64,000 nucleotides of DNA from Malacoraja senta. Taxonomy: Eukaryota. The position numbers and the translations under genes are program-made. A model generated the notes under the pieces. The model was given only the letters and a program-made list of their open reading frames with translations, was not told the origin of the DNA and did not search any database. Below, piece by piece: positions 35,460-48,616 of this stretch (its first letter is position 1; the number at the start of each line of letters is the position of its first letter). The stretch is taken from the NCBI GenBank assembly GCA_038087875.1, contig CM075977.1:360158001-360222000 (forward strand), read 5' to 3'.

Positions 35460-37333
35460 CTTATTTAATTTATACAGGTTGTCTAATATTCTGTATTGAA
35501 TACGTCTTTAGACCTTAAGACTTCTGAAAATCCTTTTATAACTTTAAAATACTTTGGTAGATTGGAACAGATTCCTAAATATTAAAGTAATTGATTTGCA
35601 GTTGAGGTAGTTATAGGACTCTTCCCAATGAATTTGTGCATGTATGTTCACTTTTTCTCTTTGTGCTTTCAGTCTTGTGACTCAGTGTGTTCATACTCAT
35701 AACTCACTGCTTTACTTTTATAATTTCAATGTAAGACTGCTAATCTATGTACAACATATTTGAAAAAAAATCTGGTCATTTGGCAGGTATGAAGAAGAAA
35801 AAAATGATTAACCACTGGAGGCTCAGTAAATGAAGCTTAGTTGAACTGTAAGTTTCTTTAGTTAAACAGTAATTCCATAACAGACTCCATTGTAGTTCTG
35901 TTTCCTGAAAAATTCCATCCACCAGCTTGCCTGAAAGTTCCTTATTTTGCTTTTGCGCTTTTTTTTTTAACCACCTCCAAATGGAGAATCGTGTAAGGCC
36001 TTCCAATGACAATGAAAATAAACTATCCAGGGCAAACTAATTTACCTTTCAAAACAATGAACTTTCTTTCCTGAGCAGATCCTGATAAAAGATTTCATTT
36101 ACTGAGGGAACTAACTTTAAATGGAAAATGGGCGCTTCAATGTTTGTACCTTTTTATACCGCAAATGTGTGAGGTGAAGGGGTTGTAGTCCCTTTTTATA
36201 CCCCTACCCACTTGGTAACTGTTCTACAAAGTGAAAAGTTGCTGTACTTGACAATCGTCTTGGGAATCATTTGTTTTAATTCTCTCAGGCAATTGATGGG
36301 AAATTCTTTGATAATTTGTTCAGTTACTATTTAACTGCATAATTCGAGTTTGGGAAACAAAGAAATATGAAAAGGACGTTGAAACTGAATTCTCAATTAG
36401 ATGTATAAACTGATTGTTTGAAAGTCATGAAGCATATATTTTTAGAACTCTTTGAAGCTAAGCTACCTGTATTTTACAATGGTGAGGTTAAATTTGAATA
36501 TTATTTGAACACCAGCATTGGCTTGAACTATTAACAAAACAAGCAGTAATTTGGGACCTTTTTAAAAATTGTTTAAAAATTGTCCCTTTTTCTACTGCCT
36601 AGAGTGGCGTTTGGATTCTCTGTCAGCTGAGGATTATAGTACTCCAGAAAAATGAAACATTTTAATCAGTTATGAAGTAATCACTGAGTTAAATGCCCTA
36701 TTATGAGTAGTTAGTTTTTGGGCAACTGAAGAAGTGAAAAATAATTTCTCTGAAGTCAAATCCAAGTGCAATTGAAGTACCATTCTGGGAGTGGAAACAT
36801 AATTCCTAGTATTTGAATTTTAACATTGATGTGGACATTTTGTGCATTTAAATTGTGTGGGAGAAAGTTTGTAATCAACTATTTATCCAGGCCAATGCAT
36901 TTTGTTGTTCAGCAATAACTAAACTAATCTGTGCCAGTCTTAATTCATGTTTGCATTTATCCTGACATTTGTAGAGGTTTTTCTTTCTTGGATATTTTAT
37001 GGAAATATCCAATAAGAATTTGAATACTTAACCTGGTTTAGTGTTCAATTTTTCTCTCATCTGCAGTGATTTTCAGTGAGGAACTACTGGATATGACTAT
37101 TGTACTTGTACAGTACATCCTTTTTTATTAATTTGTAATTAAGCACACAAAGTTGAATGAACTAAAATGAAATGATAACTGGATGTTTAATGTTGCAAAG
37201 AAATCTTTGGAATAGCTTGTAAAGAAAGTTCTTGTTACCTTAAATATCTGTCAAAAGTTGAGAATTGCGTGTGTAGACTATTAACATTCTTTGCATTTCA
37301 TGATTCTTGAAGTGTTTCACTTTTTATATACAG

Positions 37334-37514
37334 ACACACAAATTTGGAGAGCTTTCTGTTACAAAGACTGGTAACTCTTCAGGATTACAACTATTTGACC
37401 AATTGAAGCCCCCTAGTGTGGTGGAATTGGCTCCACAAAGCACAGAACAAAGTAATAAGAAGCATTCTTGGGAAGCAAAATCAACATCACAGTCAACAGT
37501 CCTAAACCATTTTG
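37334..37514 (+). CDS. UBAP2: UBAP2 coding exon (THKFGEL...LFDQLKPPS...SQSTVLNHF), phase 0-1
   Basis: FGEL, DQLK.PS and SW..K...SQS.VL.H motifs; cag|...G|gtcagt. Confidence 0.92.
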
Positions 37515-37800
37515 GTCAGTATTCTAATTCTTTAACAAATTATGATAAAGTGTTTATAATATTGTTTAGTGTATCTTGATTGTTTTTAATTTGTGTACAT
37601 TCTTAAATTTTCAGTTGTTTATGGTTGTCGGCGCTAAAGCTAAGAATAGTCTTAACACAGCAGAAATGTTGCCATTTAGATGAAAGATTGAACTGAAATT
37701 GTGTAAATGTGCATTTGAGGAAAATGGTACTTGAAGTCAAACTGGTAACATAATAAGTTCATTAAATTTATTTTAAAGTAATATTTTGGACATCTTTCAG

Positions 37801-38039
37801 ACTTGAAAATACAACCTGATCCTTCACCTATTCTGAGCCAGATAACCCAACAACAAGAGCAATCTGTATTGGATTCCTTTCCTTCCCAAATCAAGTTAAG
37901 AGAACCACCTTCAGTTGATTGTTCTACTGCTAAAGTGATGCAACTATTGCCAATGTCTACAGATCCTCGGATAACCAATGTGCCACAGACACAGCAAAAA
38001 CAACTTAAAACACAAAAGCGGAAGATACCACCTTCTAAA
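37801..38039 (+). CDS. UBAP2: UBAP2 coding exon (DLKIQPDPSPILSQ...KRKIPPSK), phase 1-0
   Basis: QP.PSP.LSQ, SFPSQ.KLRE and KR.IPP motifs; cag|...|gtaagt. Confidence 0.95.
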
Positions 38040-38485
38040 GTAAGTTGCTGACCATGCCATATTTGTGAGTGCTATATTTGACTGGGTTGCCTCAAAAAAA
38101 TCTTCATCTCAGTCACTTTTTACACAAATAAACATTTTGTGAGGAAGCAAATTGTGCTTTCAGTAATAGTACACAGGTGAATATTATTACCTATATCCTA
38201 TGTCTTGCAGCAAATCCTCCTTCCTATGTCCCATTTGTCAACCTCAAGATTCTTTCAGTGTTTGAGCAAAATTTAGAAAAGTGTTTTCCGAAGTGTAGGT
38301 TACGTTTGCAAAAACTTAGCAGGTACTGGAACTCTATTGCTATTACACAGTTCTTGTATCTTCAATGTTCTTGTAGTTGGCTACCTGGAGGGAACAGTAC
38401 AGTTTCATCATCTCTGCTCAGTGGTATCACTCTAAGACTCGAAGACGTAGAAAGCAAGAATTTAGTGAATTATTATGTAATGGGA

Positions 38486-38570
38486 GTAACCAAGAAACAA
38501 TGATGCCCAAGTTCAAGCACATATCTGAACATCCTGATGTGAATCACTGTTTTCTGAGTTTCTTGGTTAC
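38486..38570 (+). ncRNA. SNORD121: Box C/D snoRNA, SNORD121 family
   Basis: Box C ATGATG(C) at 38500; guide TCAAGCACATAT before D' CTGA 38525-38528; box D CTGA 38554-38557; perfect 13-bp terminal stem GTAACCAAGAAAC/GTTTCTTGGTTAC; UBAP2 is the known SNORD121 host gene. Confidence 0.9.
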
Positions 38571-38966
38571 CTTGTGGATCATAGTGTCATGGTGATATAA
38601 TTTGTGGGTCAGGTGGTAGTACTTGTCTCCATATCAGATGTTTGAAACTCCAGGCCATTTTTGAAGGACTTAACACTTTTGTATGTATTTGTATGGATTG
38701 GTTCAGTACCAGTAATTAGGAGACCATGAAGCGTTTGGACAGACAGTTAAATAGGCAAGGCATAGAAGGATATAGTCCTAATCAGGGAAAATAAGATTAG
38801 AGCAAAAGGCTGATGTGGACAATCCATTTCTGTGCTGTGGGATTCTGACAGGATTTAACTTTTTGAACCCTAGACCATGAGAACTGGGGCCAAGTATCCA
38901 AGGAGAAACCATAATGCTGGGATTTGGCTAATGCTGAATACTGCAAGTCCTGGATGGGTAGTATAT

Positions 38967-40692
38967 AAACATAGTAAAATAGGTGCTTCCTAATGGAGAG
39001 CCAGCACCGTTCAATATGATCACGGTTGATCATCTACAATCAGTACCCTGTTCCTGCTTTTTTCCCATATCCCTTAATTCCTTTAGCCCTAAGAGCTAAA
39101 TCTAACTCTCTCTTGAAAACATCCAGTGAATTGGCCTCCACTGCCTTCTGTGGCAGAGAATTCCACAGATTCACAACTCTCTGGGTGAAGAAGTTTTTCC
39201 TCATCTCAGTCCTAAATGGCCTACCCCTTATTCTTAAACTGTGACCTCTGGTTCTGACTCCCCCAACATCAGGAACATTTTTCCTACATCTAGCCGGTCC
39301 AATCATTTAAGAATTTTATATGTTTCTATAAGATCCCCTCTCATATTTCTAAATTCCAGTGAATACAAGCCCAGTCGGCCCATTCTTTCATCATATATCA
39401 GTCCTGCTTTCCTGGGAATTAACCATGTGAACCAATGCTGCACTCCCTCAATAGCAATAATGTCCTTCCTCAAATTAGGAGACCAAAATTGCACACAAAT
39501 CTCCCTGTTTTCTCTCTTCCTTCTTGCTTAAAAAGTGGGTTACATTGGCTCCCCTCCAGTCCACAGGAACTGATCCAGAGTCGAGAGAACATTGGAAAAT
39601 GATCACCAATGCATCCATAATTTCTAGGGCCACCTCATTGAGGACTCTGGGATGCAGACAATCAGGCCCTGGGGATGTATCTGCCTTCAGTCCCAACAGT
39701 TTACCTAACACCATTTCCATTCAGTTCCTCCCTCCCACTAGATGCTCGGTCCCCCAGTATTTCTGGGAGATTGTTTGTGTCTTCCTGAGTGAAGACAGAA
39801 ACAAAGTACTTGTTTTTAAGTGTTCTGGCATTTCCTTGTTTCCCATTGCCAAAGTCAAAGTCAATTTTATCATCACATGCACCCGAAGGTGCAGTGAATT
39901 GAATTTGTCAGCAGCGATACACTTAAAAAGAACACACAATACACAATAAAATTTAACACAAACATCCACCACAGCATCCTTCACTGTGGTGGAAGGCAAC
40001 AAAGTTCAGCCAGTCCTCCTCCTTGTTCACCCGTGGTCGGGGCCATAAACCCTCCGTAGTCGCCGCTACGGACGGCCCAATGTACAGGCCCTCTCGTTGG
40101 GATGATTGAAACTCCGACGTCGGGACGATCGAACACGCTCCGGGGCTTGGAGGTTCCGAATCGGCACTTTCCTGCCAGAGACTGCGGCTTCAGGATGTTA
40201 TAAGCCGCAGACCGACGGTCAGAGCTCTTCTCCGGCGATCCCCGGCAAGGGATCTAGCCCCGGCAAGTCCACGCCACGCCCGTGGCTAGAAGCTCCGCAG
40301 ACCACAGTCCCATGATGCCAAAGTCACCAGGCCAGCGATTGTAGCACTCCTCTCTGGCGACCCCCGGCAAGGGTTCACCCGCTCCGCGATGGAAAGTCGA
40401 CGCTGCGCCTGCTGCCGATGCTCCAGGCCTGACTCCGAGAAAGGCCGCTCCAATCCATGCTGTTAGGCCGCGAGGGAGGCGACATGGAAAAAGTCGCCTC
40501 TCCGTGGAGGCGACCGAAAACGGTTCACCCCTTTCCCCTCCCCACCACCCCCCACACAAGACACACCAAGACACCCAAACCAACACTAGACACACCAAAA
40601 ATACCCCAAAAAGGTAGAAATAACGAACACACTGCTGGCTATAAATTCGCCTATAAATTCTGATTGTAAGGGACCTACATTTGTTTTCACTT
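38967..40692 (-). mobile_element. Internally deleted CR1, interrupted at 39851-40640 by a GC-rich non-autonomous retroelement
   Basis: CR1 RT motifs 39040-39850; the insert has an AATAAA-like signal and (CTTTGA)n tail on the minus strand; CR1 resumes at ~40641. Confidence 0.8.
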
Positions 40693-40894
40693 TACTGTAC
40701 AACATGTGAATGCTTCACTTTGTCTTTGTACCCAGGAGCTGGAATAAAGGTAACTGTGCCTCTTATAAAAGTGTGAATTTAGCATAATGAGTATGGCAGT
40801 GCATCCTTATTTGATCTGCGCTGCTGCAGCCAAGATATTTCCAATCCCAGCCTAGATGGAATTGATTGTTGAACAACATTTCAATGGTGAGGTC

Positions 40895-43240
40895 ATGAGG
40901 AATAGGAGTATAATTAAACCATTCAGCCCATCAAGTCTACTCTGCCATTCAATCATGGCTGATCTGTCTCTCCCTCCTAACCCCATTCTCTTGCCTTCTC
41001 CCCATAACCTCTGACACCTGTACTAATCAAGAATCTATCCATCTCTGCCTAAAAAGTATCCACTGACTTGGCCTCGTGTTTCAAAGAATTCCACAGATTC
41101 ATCGCCCTCTAAAGAAATTTCTCCTCATCTCCTTCCTAAAAGAACATCCTTTAAATCTGAGGCTATGACCTCTAGTTCTGGACTCCCACTAATGGAAACA
41201 TTCTCTCCACATCCACTCTATCCAAGCCTTTCACTATTCTGTATGTTTCAATGAGGTCTCCCCTCATTCTTCTAAACTCCAGCGAGTGCAGGCCCAGTGC
41301 CGACAAACGCTCATCATATGTTAACCCACTCATTCCTGGGATCATTCTTGTAAATCTCCCCATGACCCTCCAGAGCCAGCACATCCTTCCTCAGATATGG
41401 TGCCCAAAATTGCTCACAATATTCCAAATGCCGCCTTACCAGGGCCTTGTAGAGCCTCAACATTACATCGCTGTTTTTGTACACAAGCCCTCTTGAAATA
41501 AATGTTAGTCTTGAGTTTGCTTTGAGGTGTGTGTGGCAGGAGCAGCATGGCATGGTGGAACAGCATAGTCTCATAACTATATAGCACAGAAACAAACTCT
41601 TCAGCTCAACTTGCCGATGCAGACCAGTATGCCTAATTGATCTAGTCCCACTTGCCTGTGCTAGGCCCATATCCTTCCAAACCTTTCCTATCCATATACC
41701 TATTTGTATCTTTTAATTGTTGTTATTGTACCGGCCTCCACCACTCTCAACTAATTCTATCTACGCACCAACTTCTATGTACAAAAAAAAGGTTACCCTT
41801 TGGGTCACTTTTTAATCTTTCCTCTCTCCTCTTAAAAATAGGCCCTCTAGTTTTAGAGTCCCCTACCCTGGGGAAAAACACTAGCTTATCATGTTATCTC
41901 TGCCCCTTGTGATATTATATACAAAGTAATATTTAATATATAGAGTAGCCCTCTGCCTCCTTTTCTCCATGGGGTAATAAAAACACAGCCTATCTGGTCT
42001 CCCATAACTCAAACCTTCCAGGCCTGGTAACATCCTCGTAAATCTGTTTGTGCAGTCTTTCCAGCTTAATAACATCCTATAGCAGGGCAACCAGGACCGT
42101 ACACAGTACTCCAAATGTTGCCTTACCAACAGCTTGTACAGCTGCAATATGACGTCCCAGTTCCTCTACTTATTGCGCTGACCGATGATGGCAAACATGC
42201 CAAACACCTTCACCATAATAGACAGTTAAAGAGGTAAGGCATAGAAGGATACAGTCCTAATGAGGGAAAATGGGATTAGAGCAGATATAGAGCAAAAGGT
42301 TGTTGTGGATGTAGTAGGCCCAATAATCAATTTCTGACAGAATTTAATATTTTGAAAACCATGAGACCCAAGCTGTCCAACTGTGCTGCCACCTTCTTGG
42401 AACTATGTATCTGCGCCACTGGGTCTCCGTTCTACAACATACCCCAGGGCCCTGCCATTTACTGTGCCCTTCTTTGTCCTACAAAAATGCAACACCTTGC
42501 ATTTACTTAACTTAAACTCCTATCTGCCATTCCTCACGCCATTGGCTCAGTTGATGAATATCCTGTTGTAATCATAGATAATCACCTTTGCTATCAACTA
42601 TACCACCAATTTTAATGCGATCTGCAAACTTACTAACCATACCACCTAACTATCATCATATCATTTATATAATCCATATCTTTCAATTAATATAAATCAC
42701 GAACAACTGTGGACCTAGCACCGATCCCTGTGGAACACCACTTGTTACAGGCCTCTAATCTGAAAAACAACTTTCCCATGTGATCTAACCTTCCAGAGCA
42801 GCCTACCATTCTACTCTTCGATGAAGACCTTGCTAACTTTCAAGTAGACTGTGTGCACCACCATTTCCTTATTAATTTTATCAGTCTCCTCTTCAAAAAG
42901 CACATCAAATTTATGAGACATGATTTCACATGCACAAAGCCATGCTAAGTATCTCAAATCAGTCCTTGTCTTTCCAAATGGTGGTAGATCCTGTCTCTCA
43001 GAATCCTCTCCAGTTACTTATCCAGCACCACATGTAAGGTTCACAGATTTGTAATCTCAAGTTTTTCTTTGTAGCTTTTCTCAAATAGAAGTCTAGCATT
43101 AGCCATCCTCCAGTCTTTCCAGCACCCCATGCTTGGTAGTCAATGATGCCCCCACAATCTCTTCTCTAGCTTCCCACAATGTCCTCGGATGCACTTCCAC
43201 AGGTCCCGGGATTTATCTACATTCAGGTGTTTTTAGAGAT
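40895..43240 (-). mobile_element. Two older CR1 fragments (40895-41510 and ~41572-43240)
   Basis: LVR.HLEYC and RFTRM.PG motifs with frameshifts. Confidence 0.8.
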
Positions 43241-43535
43241 TCCACAAATCTGTCCTCATCAATGGGTTGGTGGTGGAGAGAGTCAACTCCAAGTAGCTGG
43301 GCGTGCATATCTCTGAAGATCTGTCCTGGACCCAGCACATTGATGCAATCATAAAGTAATCTATCAATGCCTCTACCTCCTTAGAATGGTGCGGACATTT
43401 GGTATGTCGACAAATATTCTCTTGAACACTTACAGGTAGAGAGCATATTGACTGGTTGCATCAGTGCCTAGTTGGGTATTTTCCACTATGTTGTTTTTTT
43501 TTATTGTACTTTAAAAAAAATTGGTTTACGACGTT

Positions 43536-46436
43536 ATAGAAACATAGAAAATAGGTGCAGGAGTATGCCATTCGGCCCTTCGACCCTGCACCGCCATTCA
43601 ATAGGTTGATCATCCAACTCAGTATCCCGTACCTGCCTTCTCTCCAAACCCCCGATCCCCTTAGCACAAGGGCCACATCTAACTCCCTCTTAAATATAGC
43701 CAATGAACTGGCCTCAACTACCTTCTGTGGCAGAGAATTCCAGAGATTCACCACTCTGTGTGAAAAATGTTTTTCTCATCTCGGTCCTAAAAGACTTCCC
43801 CCTTATCCTTAAACTGTGACCCCTTGTTCTGGACTTCCCCAACATCGGGAACAATCTTCCTGCATCTAGCCTGTCCAACCCCTTAAGAATTTTGTAAGTT
43901 TCCATAAGATCCCCCCTCAATCTTCTAAATTCTAGCGATAACAAGCCGAGTCTACCCAGTCTTTCTTCATATGAAAGTCCTGACATCCCAGGAATCAGTC
44001 TGGTGGACCTTCTCTGTACTCCCTCTATGGCAAGAATGTCTTTCCTCCGATTAGGAGGTAAAAACTGTACGCAATACTTCAGGTGTGGTCTCACCAAGAC
44101 CCTGTACAGTAGAACTGCAGTAGAACCTCCCTGCTCCTACACTCAAATCCTTTTGCTATGAATGCTAACATACCATTCGCTTTCTTCACTGCCTGCTGCA
44201 CCTGCATGCCTGCTTTCAATAACTGGTGTACCATGACACCCAGGTCTCGTTGCATCTCCCCTTTTCCTAATCGGCCACCATTCAGATAATAGTCTACTTT
44301 CCTGTTTTTGCCACCAAAGTGGATAACCTCACATTTATCCACATTATACTGCATCTGCCATGCATTTGCCCACTCACCCAACCTATCCAAGTCACCTTGC
44401 AGCCTCCTAGCATCCTCCTCACAGCTAACACTGCCCCCCAGCTTCGTGTCATCCGCAAACTTGGAGATGTTGCATTCAATTCCCTCGTCCAAATCATTAA
44501 TATATATTGTAAATAGCTGGGGTCCCAGCACCGAGCCTTGCGGTACCCCACTAGTCACTGCCTGCCATTCTGAAAAGGACCCGTTTACTCCTACTCTTTG
44601 CTTCCTGTCTGCCAACCAGTTCTCTATCCACATCAATACTGAACCCCCAATACCGTGTGCTTTAAGTTTGCATACCAATCTCTTATGTGGGACCTTGTCG
44701 AAAGCCTTCTGAAAGTCCAGATATAGCATCCACTGGTTCTCCCTTATCCACTCTACTAGTTACATCCGCGAAAAATTCTATAAGATTCGTCAGACATGAT
44801 TTACCTTTCATAAATCCATGCTGGCTTTGTCCAATGAGTTCACCACTTTCCAAATGTGCTGCTATTCCATCTTTATAACTGACTCTAGCAGTTTATCCAC
44901 TACCGATGTTAGACTAACTGGTCTGTAATTCCCCGTTTTCTCTCTCCCTCCCTTTTTAAAAAGTGGGGTTACATTAGCTACCTTCCAATCCTCAGGAACT
45001 ACTCCAGAATCTAAAGAGTTTTGAAAAATTATCACTAATGCATCCCCTATTTCTGGGGCTACTTCCTTAAGTACTCTGGGATGCAGCCTATCTGGCCCTG
45101 GGGATTTATCGGCCTTTAATCCAATTTACCTAACACCACTTCCCGGCTAACCTGGATTTCACTCAGTTCCATCTCATTTGACCCCCGGTCACCTGCTATT
45201 TCTGGCAGATTATTTATGTCTTCCTTAGTGAAGACAGAACCAAAGTAGTTATTCAATTGGTCTGCCATGTCCTTGTTCCCCATGATCAATTCACCTGTTT
45301 CTGACTGCAATGACCTACATTTGTTTTAACTAATCTTTTTCTCTTCACATATCTATAAAAAACTTTTGCAGTCAGTTTTTATGTTCTCTGCCAGTTTTCT
45401 TTCATAATCTATTTTCCCTTTCCTAATTAATTCCTTTGTCCTCCTCTGGTGGACTCTGAATTTCTCCCAGTCCTCGGGTGGGCCGCTTTTTCTGGCTAAT
45501 TTGTATGCTTCATCTTTTGTTTTGATACTATCCCTGATTTCCCTTGTTATCCACGGATGCACTACCTTCCCTGATTTATTCTTTTGCCAAACTGGGATGA
45601 ACAATTTTTGTAGTTCATCCATGCAATCTTTAAATGCCTTCCATTGCCTATCCACCGTCAACCCTTTAAGAATCAATTGCCAGTCTATCTTGGCCAATTC
45701 ACGTCTCATACCCTCAAAATTACCTTTCTTTAAGTTCAGAACCCTTGTTTCTGAATTAATTATGTCACTCTCCATCCTAATGAAGAACTCAACCATATTA
45801 TGGTCACTCTTGCCCAAGGGGCCACGCACAACAAGACTGCTAACTAACCCTTCCTCATTACTCAATACCCAGTCTAGAATAGCCTGCTCTATTGTTGGTT
45901 CCTCTACATGTTGGTTTAGAAAACTATCCCGCATACATTCCAAGAAATCCTCTTCCTCAGCACCCCTGCCAATTTGATTCACCCAATCTATATGTAGATT
46001 GAAGACACCCATTATAACTGTTTTACCTTTGTTGCACGCATTACTAATTTCTTGTTTGATGCCATCCCCAACTCCACTACTACTGTTAGGTGGCCTGAAT
46101 ACAACTCCCACTAGCATTTTCTGCCCCTTAGTGTTTCGCAGCTCTACCCATATCGATTCCACATCCTCCAAGCTAATGTCCTTCCTTTCTATTGCGTTAA
46201 TCTCCTCTCTACCCAGCAACGTCAACCCACCTCCTTTTCCTTTCTGTCTATCCATTCTGAATATTGAATATCCCTGGATGTTCAGCTCCCAGCCTTGGTC
46301 ACCCTGGAGCCATGTCTCTGTGATCCCAACTATATCATATTCATTAATAACTATCTGCACATTCAACTCATCCAACTTATTACAAATGCTCCTTGCATTG
46401 AGACATAAAGCCTTCAGGCTTGTTTTTACAACACTC
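43536..46436 (-). mobile_element. CR1 LINE with nearly complete ORF2 (APE endonuclease + RT), frameshifted; inserted in a Rex1-like remnant
   Basis: VGITETWL, GVFNL, LDWVL and GKSDH endonuclease motifs; YLDFQKAFDKVPH and FADD RT motifs; ATAGAAAC tail. Confidence 0.96.
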
Positions 46437-46822
46437 TATTGAGTACTGTGTTTACAAACCTGTTGTGCTGCTGCAAGTGAGAATTTAATTGTTCCATTTT
46501 GGTACATATGACAATTAAACACTCTTGACTCTTGAGAGTGCCTTCAGTGGGATTGGAGGAAGAACCTCAACGCCATTTTCTCTGGGGAAATTTGGGGTGT
46601 GTCATTGATGCTGACCTCAGCAACAATTGCCAACTGTTGTAAAAGAATACAAAAATAATTAGGCCATTGAATGACTATGTTAGCAATTTGCTGGCCATGT
46701 TTGAAGGTTAATTATTAGCATGCTTTAAGAATTTTTTGACTCTTGGTGCAAATGAACTGATTACTGTTTATAAGTGACAGTGTCATAAGTGACATCATAA
46801 ATTCACCTTTTTCGGTCTCCAA

Positions 46823-48616
46823 AGTTAGACCCTTGAAGACCGAAAAAGGTGAATTTATTATGGGGAACAAGGAAATGGCAGATGAGTTGAACAGGTACTT
46901 TGGATCTGTCTTCACTAAGGAGGACACAAACAATCTTCCTGATATAGTAGTGGCCAGAGGATCTGGGGTGAAGGAGGAACTGAAGGAAATCCACATTAGG
47001 CAGGAAATGTTGTTGGATAGACTGATGGGACTGAAGGCTGACAAATCCCCAGGGCCTGATGGTCTGCATCCCAGGGTACTTAAGGAAGTGGCTCTAGAAA
47101 TCGTGGATGCATTGGTGATAATTTTCCAATGTTCTATAGACTCAGGATCAGTTCCTGTGGATTGGAGGGTAGCTAACGTTATCCCACTTTTTAAGAAAGG
47201 CGGGAGAGAGAAAACGGAATTATAGACGAGTTAGCCTGATATCGGTCGTGGGGAAGATGCTGGAGTCAATTATAAAAGATGAGATAGCCGAACATTTGGA
47301 TAGCAGTAACATGATCAGTCTGAGTCAGCATGGATTTACGATGGGGAAATCATGCTTGACTAATCTTCTGAATTTTTTTGAAGATGTAACTAGGAAAATG
47401 GACAAGGGAGAGCCAGTAGATGTAGTGTACCTGGACTTTCAGAAAGCATTTGATAAGGCCCCACATAGGAGATTAGTGGGCAAAATTAGGGCACATGGTA
47501 TTGGGGGTAGAGTGCTGACATGGATAGAGAAGTGGTTGGCAGACAGGAACAAAGAGTAGGGATTAACGGGTCCCTTTCAGAACGGCAGGCAGTGACTAGT
47601 GGGGTACCGCAAGGCTTGGTGCTGGGACCACAGCTATTTACAATCTACATAAATGATTTGGATGAAGGGATTCAAAGTAACATTAGCAAATTTGCAGATG
47701 ACACAAAGCTGGGTGGCAGTGTGAACTGTGAAGGAGGATGCTATGAGAATGCAGGGTGACTTGGACAGGTTGGGGGAGTGGGCAGATGCATGGCAGATGA
47801 AGTTTAATGCAGATAAATGTGAGGTTATCCACTTTGGTAGCAAAAACAGGAAAGCAGATTACTATCTAAATGGCGCCAAGTTGGGGAAAAAGGGAAGTAC
47901 AACGTGATCTGGGGGTCCTTGTACATCAGTCTATGAAAGTAAGCATGCAGGTACAGCAGGCAGTGAAGAAAGCGAATGGCATGTTGGCCTTTATAACAAG
48001 AGGAATCGAATATAGGAGCAAAGAGGTCCTTCTGCAGTTGTACAGAGCCCTAGTGAGACCAGACCTGGAGTATTGTGTGCAGTTTTGGTCCCCTAATTTG
48101 AGGAAGGACATTCTTGCTATTGAGGGAGTGCAGCGTAGGTTTACAAGGTTAATTCCCGGAATGGCGGGACTGTTATATGCTGAGAGAATGGAGTAGCTAG
48201 GCTTGTACACTCTGGAATTTAGAAGGATGAGAGGTTATCTCATTGAAACATATAAGATTGTTAAGGGTTTGGACACGCTAGAGGCAGGAAACATGTTCCC
48301 GATGTTGGGGGAGTCTAGAACCAGGGGCCATAGTTTAAGAATAAGGAGTAAGCCATTTAGAACGGAGACGAGGAAACACTTTTTCTCACAGAGAGTGGTG
48401 AGTCTGTGGAATTCTCTCTCAGAGGGCGGTGGAGGCAGGTTCTCTGGATGCTTTCAAGAGAGAGCTAGATAGGGCTCTTGAAGATAGTGGAGTCAGGCGA
48501 TATGGGGAGAAGGCAGGAACGGTGTACTGATTGGGGATGATCAGCCATGATCACATTGAATGGCGGTGCTGGCTCGAAGGGCCGAATGGCCTACTCCTGC
48601 ACCTATTGTCTATTGT
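46823..48616 (+). mobile_element. CR1 LINE (second subfamily), RT region, 5'-truncated with foldback
   Basis: SPGPDGLHPRVLKE, QHGF..GKSCLTNL and FADD motifs; (CTATTGT)n tail. Confidence 0.95.
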
